64,000 nt of DNA from Bilabrum cf. latius. Its lineage: Eukaryota. The DNA lies in assembly GCA_965178125.1 (NCBI GenBank), contig OZ237755.1:310001-374000 (forward strand), in the 5' to 3' direction. Below, in pieces: positions 35,488 through 47,000 of the stretch. The first letter of the stretch is position 1. Every line of letters starts with the position of its first letter. The position numbers and the translations under genes were made by a program. The notes below the pieces were generated by a model, which saw only the letters and a program-made list of their open reading frames with translations, was not told the origin of the DNA and searched no databases.

Positions 35488-36915
35488 TCACCGCCCCTCG
35501 GAATCGACCACCGCAAATGAAGCCACGGGGTGCTCCTCGCTGAGCGGATTCCGCACGTAAATGTCCACCCTGCCCCTTCCTGCTCCTGTGCCGTTGGCCA
35601 CAGCACCCTGACTACCAGTAGCATTATCGTTCACATTCACGTGGAATAGGGCGGTGCAGATGGTCGCGATTCCATCCGGGGGTGCACCATTTCTCCACAG
35701 CGGGTAGGTTCCGTTCGACTTGTTGCCCAGCACGTGCTTCGCTGCGTCCTCGCTCGCGGGAGCTGGTAGGTTGCTAGCTGCGCCAGCTCGGGCGAAGGAG
35801 GAGGGGTCGGGGAACTGGGCCGTGGGCAGCCGCACGTACTCGTTGAAGTGGAAATTGTAGTTGGTGGAAGCGGGGTCCGACCCTTTGCTGCCGTCAGGGA
35901 ACGGAAAGGGCCAGGGCTGCGGGCCTGCACCCAGGGTTGTGCCGCTGGGCGTGCGCAATGCCGGCTGGCTGCACACAGTGGGAGTGGGAGGGCTGCCAGC
36001 GGCAGCGGCAGCGGCGGAGCACGTGTTGGTTCGCTCCCGTGCCAGCTTGCCCCTCTGCAGCTCTATGATGCTCCACTGCCTGCCGGTTGCAACCTCGATG
36101 TTGAGCATGCGGCCCGGCTCGGTCACGCTCGCGACGTTTATCGAGAAGCCGCACGCCACGTCGGTCTCCTGAATGCGAGACACGAGAGCATCGATCGAAG
36201 GAGAGGTCAGCAGGTGCCTGTGCACGAAATGGCGCGGTATCCCTGTGATGTTCACGTGCTCGGGGAAGAGGCCGTTCAGCGAGAAAAAGACGCCCCGCGT
36301 GTTGAACCCAAAGGCGCCGGTGGGCAGCTGGCCCGGGTAACACAGAGCCGTGAAGCCCGATGCATCCGTGACGGGGACCGACGCATCGTCCACTCCTGCC
36401 GTAACCATGTATGTGAGGGGTGCTCCGGTCCTCCAGTCGAAGCTGCTGACGCCAGCGTCTTCGTTGTGGGCAAGCAGGCCTCCTTTCCCGATCTCAGGAT
36501 TGATGATGTCGCTGCAATGAGGTACGTGCACCTTCATCAGATTTTCGAGCTCATCGCCGCACTGCATCAGAAACGCATCATCAAGCGTTATGTTTGCCCC
36601 TTCCGCAAGGCCTCGCACCTCCTCCAGGTACGCGCTGTACACGGGGCTTGATTGCACTGCTTCACGCATTGCCTTGATTGCCTTGGAGCCTGCCGGTGTC
36701 TTCACGTACTGCCTCAAGGCGTCATACCGCGACAGCTTGAGCTGGATATTGTTTGTGAAAGCGCTGCCAACAGCGAACCCGATCTCGTACAGCGACCCCG
36801 ATACCTCTGCCTGCCTCAGAACGAGCGGGCGGTTGTCCGGGATGACCGTGGCATAGGCAGCAGGCAGACACGCGAACGCAGCACATGCAAATGAATGGAG
36901 CACGCCTAGCTTCAT
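35488..36915 (-). CDS. Secreted peptidase C45 / acyl-CoA:6-APA acyltransferase-like (Tan-like) Ntn hydrolase
   Basis: Signal peptide, GSLYEIGFAVG, EEVRGLAEGA, HCSD nucleophile, AHNED, YPGQLP.GAFGFN. TGA stop. Confidence 0.85.
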   Translation of the reverse strand: MKLGVLHSFACAAFACLPAAYATVIPDNRPLVLRQAEVSGSLYEIGFAVGSAFTNNIQLKLSRYDALRQYVKTPAGSKAIKAMREAVQSSPVYSAYLEEVRGLAEGANITLDDAFLMQCGDELENLMKVHVPHCSDIINPEIGKGGLLAHNEDAGVSSFDWRTGAPLTYMVTAGVDDASVPVTDASGFTALCYPGQLPTGAFGFNTRGVFFSLNGLFPEHVNITGIPRHFVHRHLLTSPSIDALVSRIQETDVACGFSINVASVTEPGRMLNIEVATGRQWSIIELQRGKLARERTNTCSAAAAAAGSPPTPTVCSQPALRTPSGTTLGAGPQPWPFPFPDGSKGSDPASTNYNFHFNEYVRLPTAQFPDPSSFARAGAASNLPAPASEDAAKHVLGNKSNGTYPLWRNGAPPDGIATICTALFHVNVNDNATGSQGAVANGTGAGRGRVDIYVRNPLSEEHPVASFAVVDSEGR

Positions 36916-37131
36916 TAGAAACAGCTAGCGTCTGATTTGAATATGTGCAAACGCAATTGACAATCACCGCCCCCGTGAGAAGGAGGGCAAAGTATGATCC
37001 ACCACTGGCATCCCACCAATTCGGGGCGCAAGCCTTAGTCTGTAGACAGAGAACTGAACAAGTACAAGCGAGTGGCTAAATTTGACCGTAGGAATCACTA
37101 CCAGACCTATCAAAACCGCAGCTTGCCCGGA

Positions 37132-38667
37132 TCAGCAGCACCACCCAGGATACCAGTCCTTGCCGCGCTGCCAGTCGCCGTTGAACAGGTCATCAAAGAC
37201 CTTCACCACCCCGGCAGAGGATGCAGTCACGGTGAAGTCCCTATTCGCAGTCTGCCAGTCCCCAGAGGGATAGGGCGGGTATTTTCGGTGCTCCTCTCTG
37301 GGCCAGTTGTAGTCGCTTGGCGACCAGTTGCCCGTAGACATACCCACTTTCTTTCCGTCGACGATCCAGAACTTCTGGTGCGAATAAGTGTAGTAGCTCG
37401 GGGTCAGCCGCGGGAGGATGCCAGCCTTGCTGAGGTCCTGGTAGCACCACTGGGCCCCCTGCTTGTCAAAGTGGCTGTAGATGTCCGAGGACACGAGCAC
37501 AGTCACGTTGATTCCTTTCTTTTGCTTCATCGAAATGAGAGCGTCGCACAGGCCGTAGTCCGTGATTTGGTATATCATGATCTGGAACGACGAACGCGTG
37601 TGGTTCAGATCGCCAAACAGAGTCTGTCTGGCGTAATCGGGGCTGGCAGTGATACCGACCGCGTCACTTGACCCCAGGGCAATGGGCGCGGGAGCAGGCG
37701 GCATGTACTGCCCGGGGATGCTGGGCGGGTCCGGCACCACGACTGGGTAGGGGGTTGCGTCCCGGATGGCCCTCATCTGGTCCGGCGTGTAGGTGTTGTT
37801 CACCACGTAGCCCTCGCCCTGCCCGAAATCGAACTCGAAGATGCTCTGCATGAAATCGAGGAGCTCCGATGCTTGCTGCGAGTCGCCTTCCACCAGCATG
37901 CCGGCCTCTCTGTTCTTGATGAAGCTCGTGTGGGAGAAGTTGATCGAGCTTACGCTCGCTTTCCTGCCAGACGTTCCTCCAGATTGGGCGCTCGTCTTTG
38001 ACGAGCTAGGCTTGACTGCCATGTACTTTGCATGGAAAAACGTCGTTGTTGTGAAGTACTTTATGTTCACGCCATTCAGTGCCAGAAAGTCCAGCGGTGC
38101 GATCAGGCCCTCGCAAGTCGTCTTTCCTAGCTCATTGGTGAGCATCCTGATGCTCACACCCCTTTGGTGGATCGCATTCAGAACAGCAGGAAACACGGGG
38201 AATGCTTCCTCTTTCATTTGCTCAATGGTGCAGCCGCAGCAACCAGTGCTTGGATTGGCGTACGTGCAATTGCCCCAAGAATCGAATCCAGGCGTCCCAA
38301 TATCGAGAGAAGACCCCGCTGGTGCCTACTGAATCAGATCTACTAGCGTGGGGGTCGAATAGGTTGGAGAGAAAAACGGAGTCAGCTGCACACCGAGGCC
38401 GGAGGTGTTGGCTGGTTTGTGATCAGCTGTGTACATCCTGCAAAGGGTAGAAATCCAGGCTCATCGGCCGTCAAATTGGTAGGAACCATTCTAAAAATGG
38501 AACAGCGGCTGCAACAGCGAGTCAAACGGGCGGCACCGACAAGCGAACGCAGTATAGTCTACAGCTCACACGGTCTAGTGATCGTACGAGGGATGAAAGT
38601 CGGAGCAAGCAAAACCAACCAATGCACTGAGACATAGCAAAGCCTAAGGTCCAGAATAATGCAACAT
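37132..38667 (-). CDS. Secreted phospholipase D-superfamily protein (two HKD-type motifs)
   Basis: Exon 38570-38667 (signal peptide), intron 38438-38569, three TAGs (38644, 38575, 38326). PFFSP, HAKYMAVK..SINFS..NREAG, ASPD, HQKFWIVD..STGNWS..NRD. Confidence 0.8.
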
Positions 38668-38814
38668 TAGCTTCAGGAAACTCTCAGTGGTTCTAGGAAA
38701 GTCTAGATTCAGTTTCTTGGCCTGCAGTGTGTGACGAGTCCGCATTGATGTAACGCGTACATTACAAAATTGTATTGGTTTAGGACCGACGCATCTATTC
38801 TACTCAACATCGCG

Positions 38815-40833
38815 ATGGATTTCGACTTGAATCGCATGCAAGATGCACTAGCAAATTTGGATCCTGCTGTGTATGTCATTGTGGTTCTCTCCCTGGCGCT
38901 TGTCATTTACGTAGTCCTTAACCTAAAAGTGAGCTGGCTACTTGCACCGGCTATCCCCGGTGCCTGTGGAGCCTTATTTTGAGCAAAGTCGCAGGCATTG
39001 TGCAAAACAATGGCTATCTAAATTATCTGACACGTTATAGTTGCTATGTAGTGCCTTTCAGTGGCCACTGCTGATTGCTTGAATCTCTCCCCAGTTTATC
39101 TTTCTGGCTCTGATGAATCGCAGAACGTGCCGCTTCCAGGTCCGTTTGAGTATCCCCTGGTATATAATCTGCCCCAGCTGTGGGGGGTCAAGGAACGCAT
39201 GCTGGACGCTCTGATGGGGTACGCTGGCCAGTACGACTGGAAGGTCTTCACGTTTCGGCTACCGCTCACGCCGCGATTTCTAGTGGTCCTGTCCCCGGAG
39301 AACGTGAAGCACGTTCTGCAGGACAACTTCAAGAACTATCCGAAGGGAAAGTTCTTCCAGCAGAATCTAGGAGAGCTGCTGGGCAATGGCATCTTTAATG
39401 CCGACGGCAAGCTCTGGGAGACCCAGCGCAAGACGAGCCTTCCCATGTTCTCCACCGAAATGATGAAGGAGGTGATGCAGCCCACCTTCTAGAAGCACCT
39501 GCAAACCGCGTGCACGATGTTCGACAAGGCCGCCAAGACGGGAGAAGTTATGAATTTCTTCGACTTTGCGAACCGCTTCACCCTGGACTCGATCGGAGAA
39601 ATCGGCTTCGGCAAAGACATCAAATCGCTGGCCACCCCGGACCACCCCTTTGCAAGCGCATTCGACGGGGTCCAGTCCATGCTGGAGCAGCGCTTCTTCA
39701 ACCCCCTTTGGCCGGTCACGGAGTGGATCGACGGCACCCGTACTCGGATCCGGCAGCAGGTCCAGTTCCTGGACAGCTTCTGCCTTGACCTGATCAAGGA
39801 GAGGAGAGAGTCGGGCGCGTACAAGACCTCGGACGACGTGCTGTCTCGGTTCATGAGACTCAAGGACAAGGCCGGCAAGCCGGTGTGCCTGGACGACGAC
39901 AAGTTCCTCAGAGACCTAGTGTTGAATTACCTCATTGCTGGTAGAGACACAAGCGCGCAAGCACTCTCGTGGACCGCGTATTGCCTCGCGTAGTCCCCGA
40001 GGGTGCTCAAGAAGATGAGGGCGGAAATTGCGGCCATGTACGCTGCCCGTGAGGGCGCGAGCACCGCCGGGAGCTCCCAGGGTGCAGTGCACGGGGGTGA
40101 GCGGACGGGCGCCGGCGCGCTGACCCCGACCTACTACGAGGTGCGCAAGCAGCTCTCCTACACGACCGACGTGGCCCGGGAGACCCTCCGGTTGTTCCCC
40201 AGCGTGCCCAAGGACGTGAAGATCGCAGCGTGCGACGACGTGCTGCCCGACAAGACTCGCGTGCCCGCGGGGTGCCAGGTGGTGTACTCGCCGTTTGCGA
40301 TGGGCCGCTGGACAAAGCTATGGGGAGAGGACGCGGCCGAGTTCAGGCCAGAGCGGTGGGCAGAGAGAAGGGCGGCAGACGCGGCTGCCAGGGCCGGCGA
40401 GTCCCAAGGGAAGGGCGCGGCCGAGGAGGAGGAGGGCAAGGAACAGGACACGAAGGACGGGGCTGCCTGCCCTGTGAGTGGGGCGGCAGGGGGTGCGCAG
40501 GGTGCCAGCGGATGTCCCATGTCGGGTGGGGCGCAGGCGCTGCCCAAGCTGTCCGACTACATGTACCCAACCTTCAACGCGGGCAAGCGGTCATGCCTAG
40601 GCAAGGAGATGGCCCTGCTTGAAATCACCACCATCCTGGCTACGCTGTACCACCGGTACGATCTGGAGGCGCTGCATTGCGGGGGTCAGAAGATCACCGA
40701 GGGCGGGATGGAATCGGGAGACGCGGGCAAGGGCAAGGCGCTCATCGGAGCGCGGACCGACCTGCCGTACGGCAACAGCCTCACGATGCCGCAGGCGGGA
40801 GGGCTGCGAGTCAAGGTGTCGCTGCGGCAGTGA
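38815..40833 (+). CDS. Cytochrome P450 (CYP86/CYP704-like clan)
   Basis: N-terminal TM, intron 38929-39123. LLGNGIFNADG, AGRDTSA, ETLR, PERW, FNAGKRSCLG haem motif. TAGs at 39490 and 39991. Confidence 0.93.
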
Positions 40834-41091
40834 CTGAACGATTGTGGTGGTGCACTGGTGCTGATGCTTAGTGCTGATGCTTGTGCTTTGATTCAGCTAG
40901 ACTGCCGCGCTCAAGTGGGTGCCCTTGCTGCGAGCTTGGATCACGCTGCCTGTGTGTGCGGAGCAGTCGCAGGCTGATCAGAGGAATTAATAAAGTATTT
41001 ACTGAATCCTGGATGTTCAACTTCTCGTAATGCGTCGTTGTATTCAAGTCAATTGGATGGCACCTGACCTCGAAATGGCGCGATACATGCC

Positions 41092-44000
41092 TCAGACCAT
41101 CTCGTTGTCCTCGTCATCCGAGTCGCCCGCCACCGTGCGCCTCGAGAGGCTCCTCGCCAGGTCACCCATGCGAGAGGACACTTCGGGGGCAAGCGAGGCG
41201 CCTGCGGCCAGACGGTACTTCTGGCCATCGTCCCTGTGCACAGCGAAGGCGTGGACTGCCGCGCGCTCGCCCCTGTGCTTGACGAGGGCGTTCTTCTCCT
41301 GGGCGAGCTCAAGAACGGCAGCGCCCACAGTCTTCATGCCGACGTCCCGGAGGTGCTCCGGTGCGGCCTTGGCATACCGTTTGAGGCCCACAGCCACGGC
41401 CGAGCGCACGTCGGAGGTCTTGTCTCCTGTCATCCCAACCAAACTGGCCAGCACGCCCGGTGCGAGCCCCGTTGCAGTCTCCACGGCCCTGTCCAGCTCC
41501 CCGTCCTTGAGCTGGGCCATGGGCACCGCGCACGCCTCTGGGGTCCTTCCGCAGCGGCCCAGCAGCGAGGCGAGCCCGATCGCGGCGGAGGCCCGGATGA
41601 AGGGAACGGGGCACTTGGCAGCTGCACCCAGTGCCTCGGCGATGTCCTCGGCCTGCTCCGCAACGGCGGTGCACCCCAGGCTGAAGCGGACAGCGGCGGA
41701 CAGCGTCTGCACCCTGCCGTGCACGATGGCCTCGTCTGCGTCCACCCCATCCAGCACGCCCTAGGGCCGGAACTCGTAGTCGTCCGCATCCGGGTCCCCG
41801 TCTCCCGCCAGCACGTCCTCGATCTCGGCCGCTGCGTCGTCACTCTCCACCACCCGAAGGCAGGCTCCCACCCCAAGCGCTGCAAGGGCCCTGAAGCCCA
41901 CGTCCTCGTTGTCCACTAGCTCCGCAAAGAGCTCGAACACGTCCTGCAGCTGGTCGGTGGACAGCGAGGCGCCCGCCATCCGGACGACGTTCTGCAGCGC
42001 GTTGAGTTGCGCCTCCTTGATGGCACCGGACTGAGCACGGGCGCCCTCGGCCAGCTGCCTGGCGATGGGATCCACCCTCGGACTCACCCTGGCGAGGTGC
42101 GCGATGGCGCTCGCCGCCAGCGTGCGCAGCGCTCTGTTGTCGTCCGTGAGGCTTGAGGTGAAGGTGGTCTGCATCTGCGAGAAGAGAGCCTTGACGCCAT
42201 CCTGGCCCCTGCGTAGCACCACGAAGAGCGCTTCCACGACCGCGTGCTTGGTGCGAGGCACCAGCGCAGGGCCCAGCATGCGGATGAGAGGACCGCCCAG
42301 CTTGAGCAGTCTCCTGTCGAGTGCCTTGCGGGGGGTGAACTCGATGAGCTCGCCGAGCCCGCGGGCGCACACCTCCTGCACCTCGGGGCGGCCCTGGATG
42401 CAGCCGAAGTGGTAGATCGCCGCGAAGGGCTGGATGGCGGCAGGCGAGCGCAGGCCGGGCAGAGCGTACTTGTCGAGCTCCAGCTGCTCGCGGTCGTCGG
42501 CGTCCGCAGCCGCATCGGCACTCCCGCCAGCGGCGCCTCCCTTGGCCGCCGCCCCCGCCCCAGCAGCTCCAGCCGAAGTCGAGGAACCTGCCTGCAGAGC
42601 AGCCCTTCTCTCGTCTGCCCTGGCGCGGTGCTTGTACGAGGAGCCGACGTTCCGGAGGTTGTCTCGCACGAACGCGGCCTGTGCCACGAGTCCTTCCGGG
42701 GTGCGGTTCTTGACCACGCGCTCGAGCAGGTCAGTGGCAGACGCAGTCACGTCCTCGTCCTTGTCGTTCATGAGGCTGATGGCGTCCTTGAGCAGCATGC
42801 CAGTGTGCGGCGCGATGCTGCACTTGGAGCCCTGGCAGAACCGAGCCGCGAGCCAGCACGCGGCGCGCCTCCGGCGCGGGCTCTGGCTCTGCACAAACCG
42901 CATGATGCCTTCGAGGAGCCACGCCACGCCCACCTCCGACACGCTACTGACCAGCCGAGCGGCGGCGGCACCAACCGGGCCGTCCAGCTTGGCAGTGACC
43001 TCCTCCTGCGTTGGCTCCGGGCGCGAGGCCCCGCCTGCCTTGTACGTGCCCTTGCCGCCGCGGGTGGGCACCGCAGGGGGTGAGGCGTCCGCACCCGCCC
43101 CGCTGGCCGCTCCAGAACCCGGTGCGGGCGGGGGAGCGGCGCCGTCGGGGGCGGCCGCCTGCGCGTTGAGCGCGCTTGATCCCACCGACACGTCGTACGC
43201 GTCCTCCTCGTACTTGGGCCCGCCGGCGTAATCTTCGCACGCCAGGCAGCGCATGATGGCCGGGATGAGGTTCCCAAAGTAGAAGTGAAGGACATCGCCC
43301 GAGGCGCTCGCGACCGCCTGCAAGGCCCGCATCTCGAACGCACCCAGCGGGGGACGCAGGAGCTTGGGCAGCAGCAGCGGCAGCAGCTCTTTCGCACGAA
43401 CCGACAGGATGCTGCGAAGACCCTCCATTGCTCTAGCACCGCGCTCCGCGAGCTCGGGTGAGACCGCTGCAGAGGACCCGCCATCCGCCCCATCCCCGCC
43501 CTGGCTGCTCTCATCGAGCTCCCGAAGGAGCTCTGGCACCACGGCTTCCACAGCGCGCACGCCCACCCTGGCCTGCAGCTGGTTGAAGGCATGGGCGGCC
43601 ACGCGCCGCACGAAGCCGCTGTTGTCGCACAGTCCCACCCGAAGGGCAGAGGCGATGGGGTCCAGGAACTTGGACGTCTGGATCCTGCTCGACGCCTGCA
43701 GCACCTGCTGCAACCCCTCGCACGCGCCCCTGCGAACCACCTCGCTGGGCGAGCGCAGCCGGTCCCTCAGGATGGGCACGACCTGCGGCAGGATGGAGTC
43801 GCCCATCTTGCGGACGAGCTCGCCCAGCGCGCTGCCCGCCATGTACCTAGCCTCTTCGTCGTCTCCGGCCAGGCTCTTGACAAGCCGTGAGATGAGCACT
43901 GGCAGCACGTCGTACAGCAGCTGGGGAGTGTGCAGGATGGCTGCCTTCCAGGCATGGTGCGCGGCCTGCCTCACCACCGCAGAGGTGTCCGCGCGTAGAG

Positions 44001-47000
44001 TGTACAGCGCGGCCATGAGGTTGTCCCTGTTGGACTTGCCCAGTGCGGCGATGATCCGCTGCGTGCGGACAGACAGCTCGCTTCGAGATGCCAGCGTGCT
44101 CTCCTCCTCGGCCACAGGCGTCTCTGGGTCTTCTTCCTCGCCGCCCTTGCCCTTGCCCTTCTTTCCCTTCTTGCTCTTCTTCTTGGCCTTGGCTGCCTCA
44201 GCCTTGGCCCGAGCGGCAGCTTCGTCCTCGTCATCCTCGTCAAAGTCGTCGTCGCTGTCGTCGCCTCCCCCCAGGAACGAGTCCGCGTCATCGTCCGCGT
44301 CCCCACCGCCATCGTTCTGACCGAGCTGCCCCCGCACCTTGACCTCAGTACCGGCCGAGCGGTTGACGATCTCGATGGCAAGAGCCACGCAGGCGTGTCG
44401 CACCCTCCACTGGTTGGACTCGAGGCCGGCCTGGATTGACGGCAGCACCAGCATCGTGTGCGAGAGGCCGTGCTGCCGCACGATCACCTGTCCTGCCCGC
44501 AGCGCAACCTCCCTAATCTGGTCCACGTCGTCCGCGAAGCCCTGCACCAGGATCGGCAGGGTGGTGCCGATCATCGGCTGGAAGCCGTCCGGTCCCACCG
44601 CCGGCGGGATGAAGCAAAGCAGCCAGTAGAGCCCTTCCCTCGCGTTGGACGACTTGTTGGTGGAGGTCGGCAGGAGCTTGGTCAGCACATCGCTGAGCCG
44701 GGGCTCTCCCATCGCCACCAGCACCTCGCACAGTCCCTGCGCACCGCCGGATCGCTCCACGGTTGATCCCTCGCTCTGCATGCAATCGATGAGCCAGGGC
44801 AGCACCTGCTCGCCGTACTCGCTGCCCACGCCCAGCACCATGGAGCCCAGGGCTCGAGAGGCCACGCCTCGCACCTCGGGCGTCATGTCGATGACGGACA
44901 CCTTCACGGCGGCGATGATGGACTCCATGTAGGGCGCAATGTCGCGGGGATCCGCAATCAGCTGGAAGAGCGAACCGATGATGGTGCAGGCCTTGGTCAC
45001 CTCGGCGGGACCCCGAGCCCGCATGGCGCGCAGCATGATGGGGACCATGAGTGCCAGGGAGGCGGGGTCGATCGCGTGCACGAAGCTCGTGTTGGCGAGG
45101 CTGTCCAGGGCTGCCTGTGTGGCGCTGGAGGGCGATGTGAGCGCCTTAACGAGGGGGCCCACGCTCTGCTGGATCTCGGGGTTACTGATGACCTTGCCGA
45201 GCTCCTGAAGGGCGCCTTCGGTGGCCTCACGCACCTTGGGGTGGGTGTCCTTGAATGCCTCGATCAGCTGCGGCACGATCTTGGGGAGCGCGCTGCTCAG
45301 CTGCCGGGGCGCGCAGCCAGACATGGCTCCAAGCATCTGGATGGACGCCCTCTTGCTGCGCCACTGCGTGTCCTTGAGTCCCTCAAGCAGCTTTGGCAGG
45401 ATCTGCCTGACTCCGTGCTGCGAGATGCGACCCATGATGGCCAGGGCTGCGCGGTTCGAGGCGTGCCTGACCTTGGCCTTGGCATCCGCGAATAGCGTGA
45501 GCAGCATGGGCAGGAACCTGATCACGAACGGCTCGAACAGCATGCCAAGAGCGTTGACGAGGCACCGCACGCAGATGAGCGCGCCCTGCCTGGCCTCCGG
45601 GCTGTCACGGCTCTGCGCCGCCGCCTCGATCGCGTCGATCACGCCGTGCGCCTTGAGCGAGCCGATGCCCAGCCCCTTGACCAGGCCGGCCACGCCAAAC
45701 GCGCCACCCTTCCTGTCTGCCAGCTCTGCGCCATAGGCCATCGCGTTCAGCTGGTCGGAGAGAAGCCCAGCTGCCGTCTGTTTCTCCATCTTGGCGAGGG
45801 GCGGGAGTACCCTGGCGACTGCCTGCTGCACGGGCTCGGAGGGCGAGTTCAGCGAGGAGCACAGCGTGGTCAGCGCGCGGGACACGCGAGGATCTCCGGC
45901 CTTGAGGTGCTTGGCAGCGGCTCCTAGCAGCACCACCGCTCCTTCCCTCTAGCCAAGCAGCACAGTGGGGTCCTTTGAAGCCAGCGGGGACCTTGTGCCC
46001 TGCTCAAGGAACGTGTCCAGCAGCGTGGCGGCGTCTCCGGCAGAGTGCTCGGCATGGGCCTGCACCAGAGCCTCGCCTGCCTGCAGCGCTGCCAGCCTCA
46101 CGTCGATCGACATGTCAGAGAAGCCGTGCTCCACGAGGAATTCGAGCACCTCCTTGAGCTGCTTCACGGAAATGCCGTTCTCGCTCGCAAGCGCGGTGAG
46201 GGCCTCCATGGCGCCCGCTCGAGGCTTCCACACGTCCGCCTCGGGAAGGCTTAGCAGCACCGTGCCGGAACCGCCAGCAGCCGATCCTCCGGCAGCTGCG
46301 GCACCCTTCGGCCCGGCCCCCTTTCCTACACGACGCCGACCACCGCGAGCCTTGCTCCTGCTTGCTCCTGCGCCGGATGTCGCGGCCTTTGCCCCCGATC
46401 CCGTCGCAAACGACTCTACCCTTGCGCCGGCAAGACCGTTCCCGCTGGCAGCGGCGGCCTGCACCGACTTGAACAGAGCCACAATGCCCAGAACTGCCTT
46501 TGAGGAGAGCTCGTCATCGTCCGCCACGGCGCTTGCGATGGCTGCGGCTGAGCTCTTCCTCACTTGCTCCAGGGGGTGCCCCAGCAGCGGCAGCAGCTGG
46601 GCCGCAGCGTCGTCCGGAATGTCGAGACTGCAAGCATCCCAGACCCCCTCGGACCTCGCCTAAAGAGACTCGTCGTCTTCTTGGTGTGCCTGCAGCCACA
46701 GCCGCGTGCACATTAGGCGAGAGGCCACGTGCTCGTCGCCCAACGAAGAGGCATCTTCAGCCACACAGGCCTCTGCCACCGCTTCGCTGTGCGCGCTCGC
46801 GGAGATCTCGCCGCACATGGCTGCCATCCACCTAGAATGCTGCGAGGCGGATACGACGCCCAGGTCACCAAGAGTGGACACGATCTCAAGAGGGGTGGCC
46901 ACAGCCTCTGGAACGACGTCAATCTCTGGTGGCTCGCCAGCGTCCTCCCCTTGAATCCCGAGCTGGGCTCGGATGGCCTCGGCTATGAAGCCTGCCAGCA

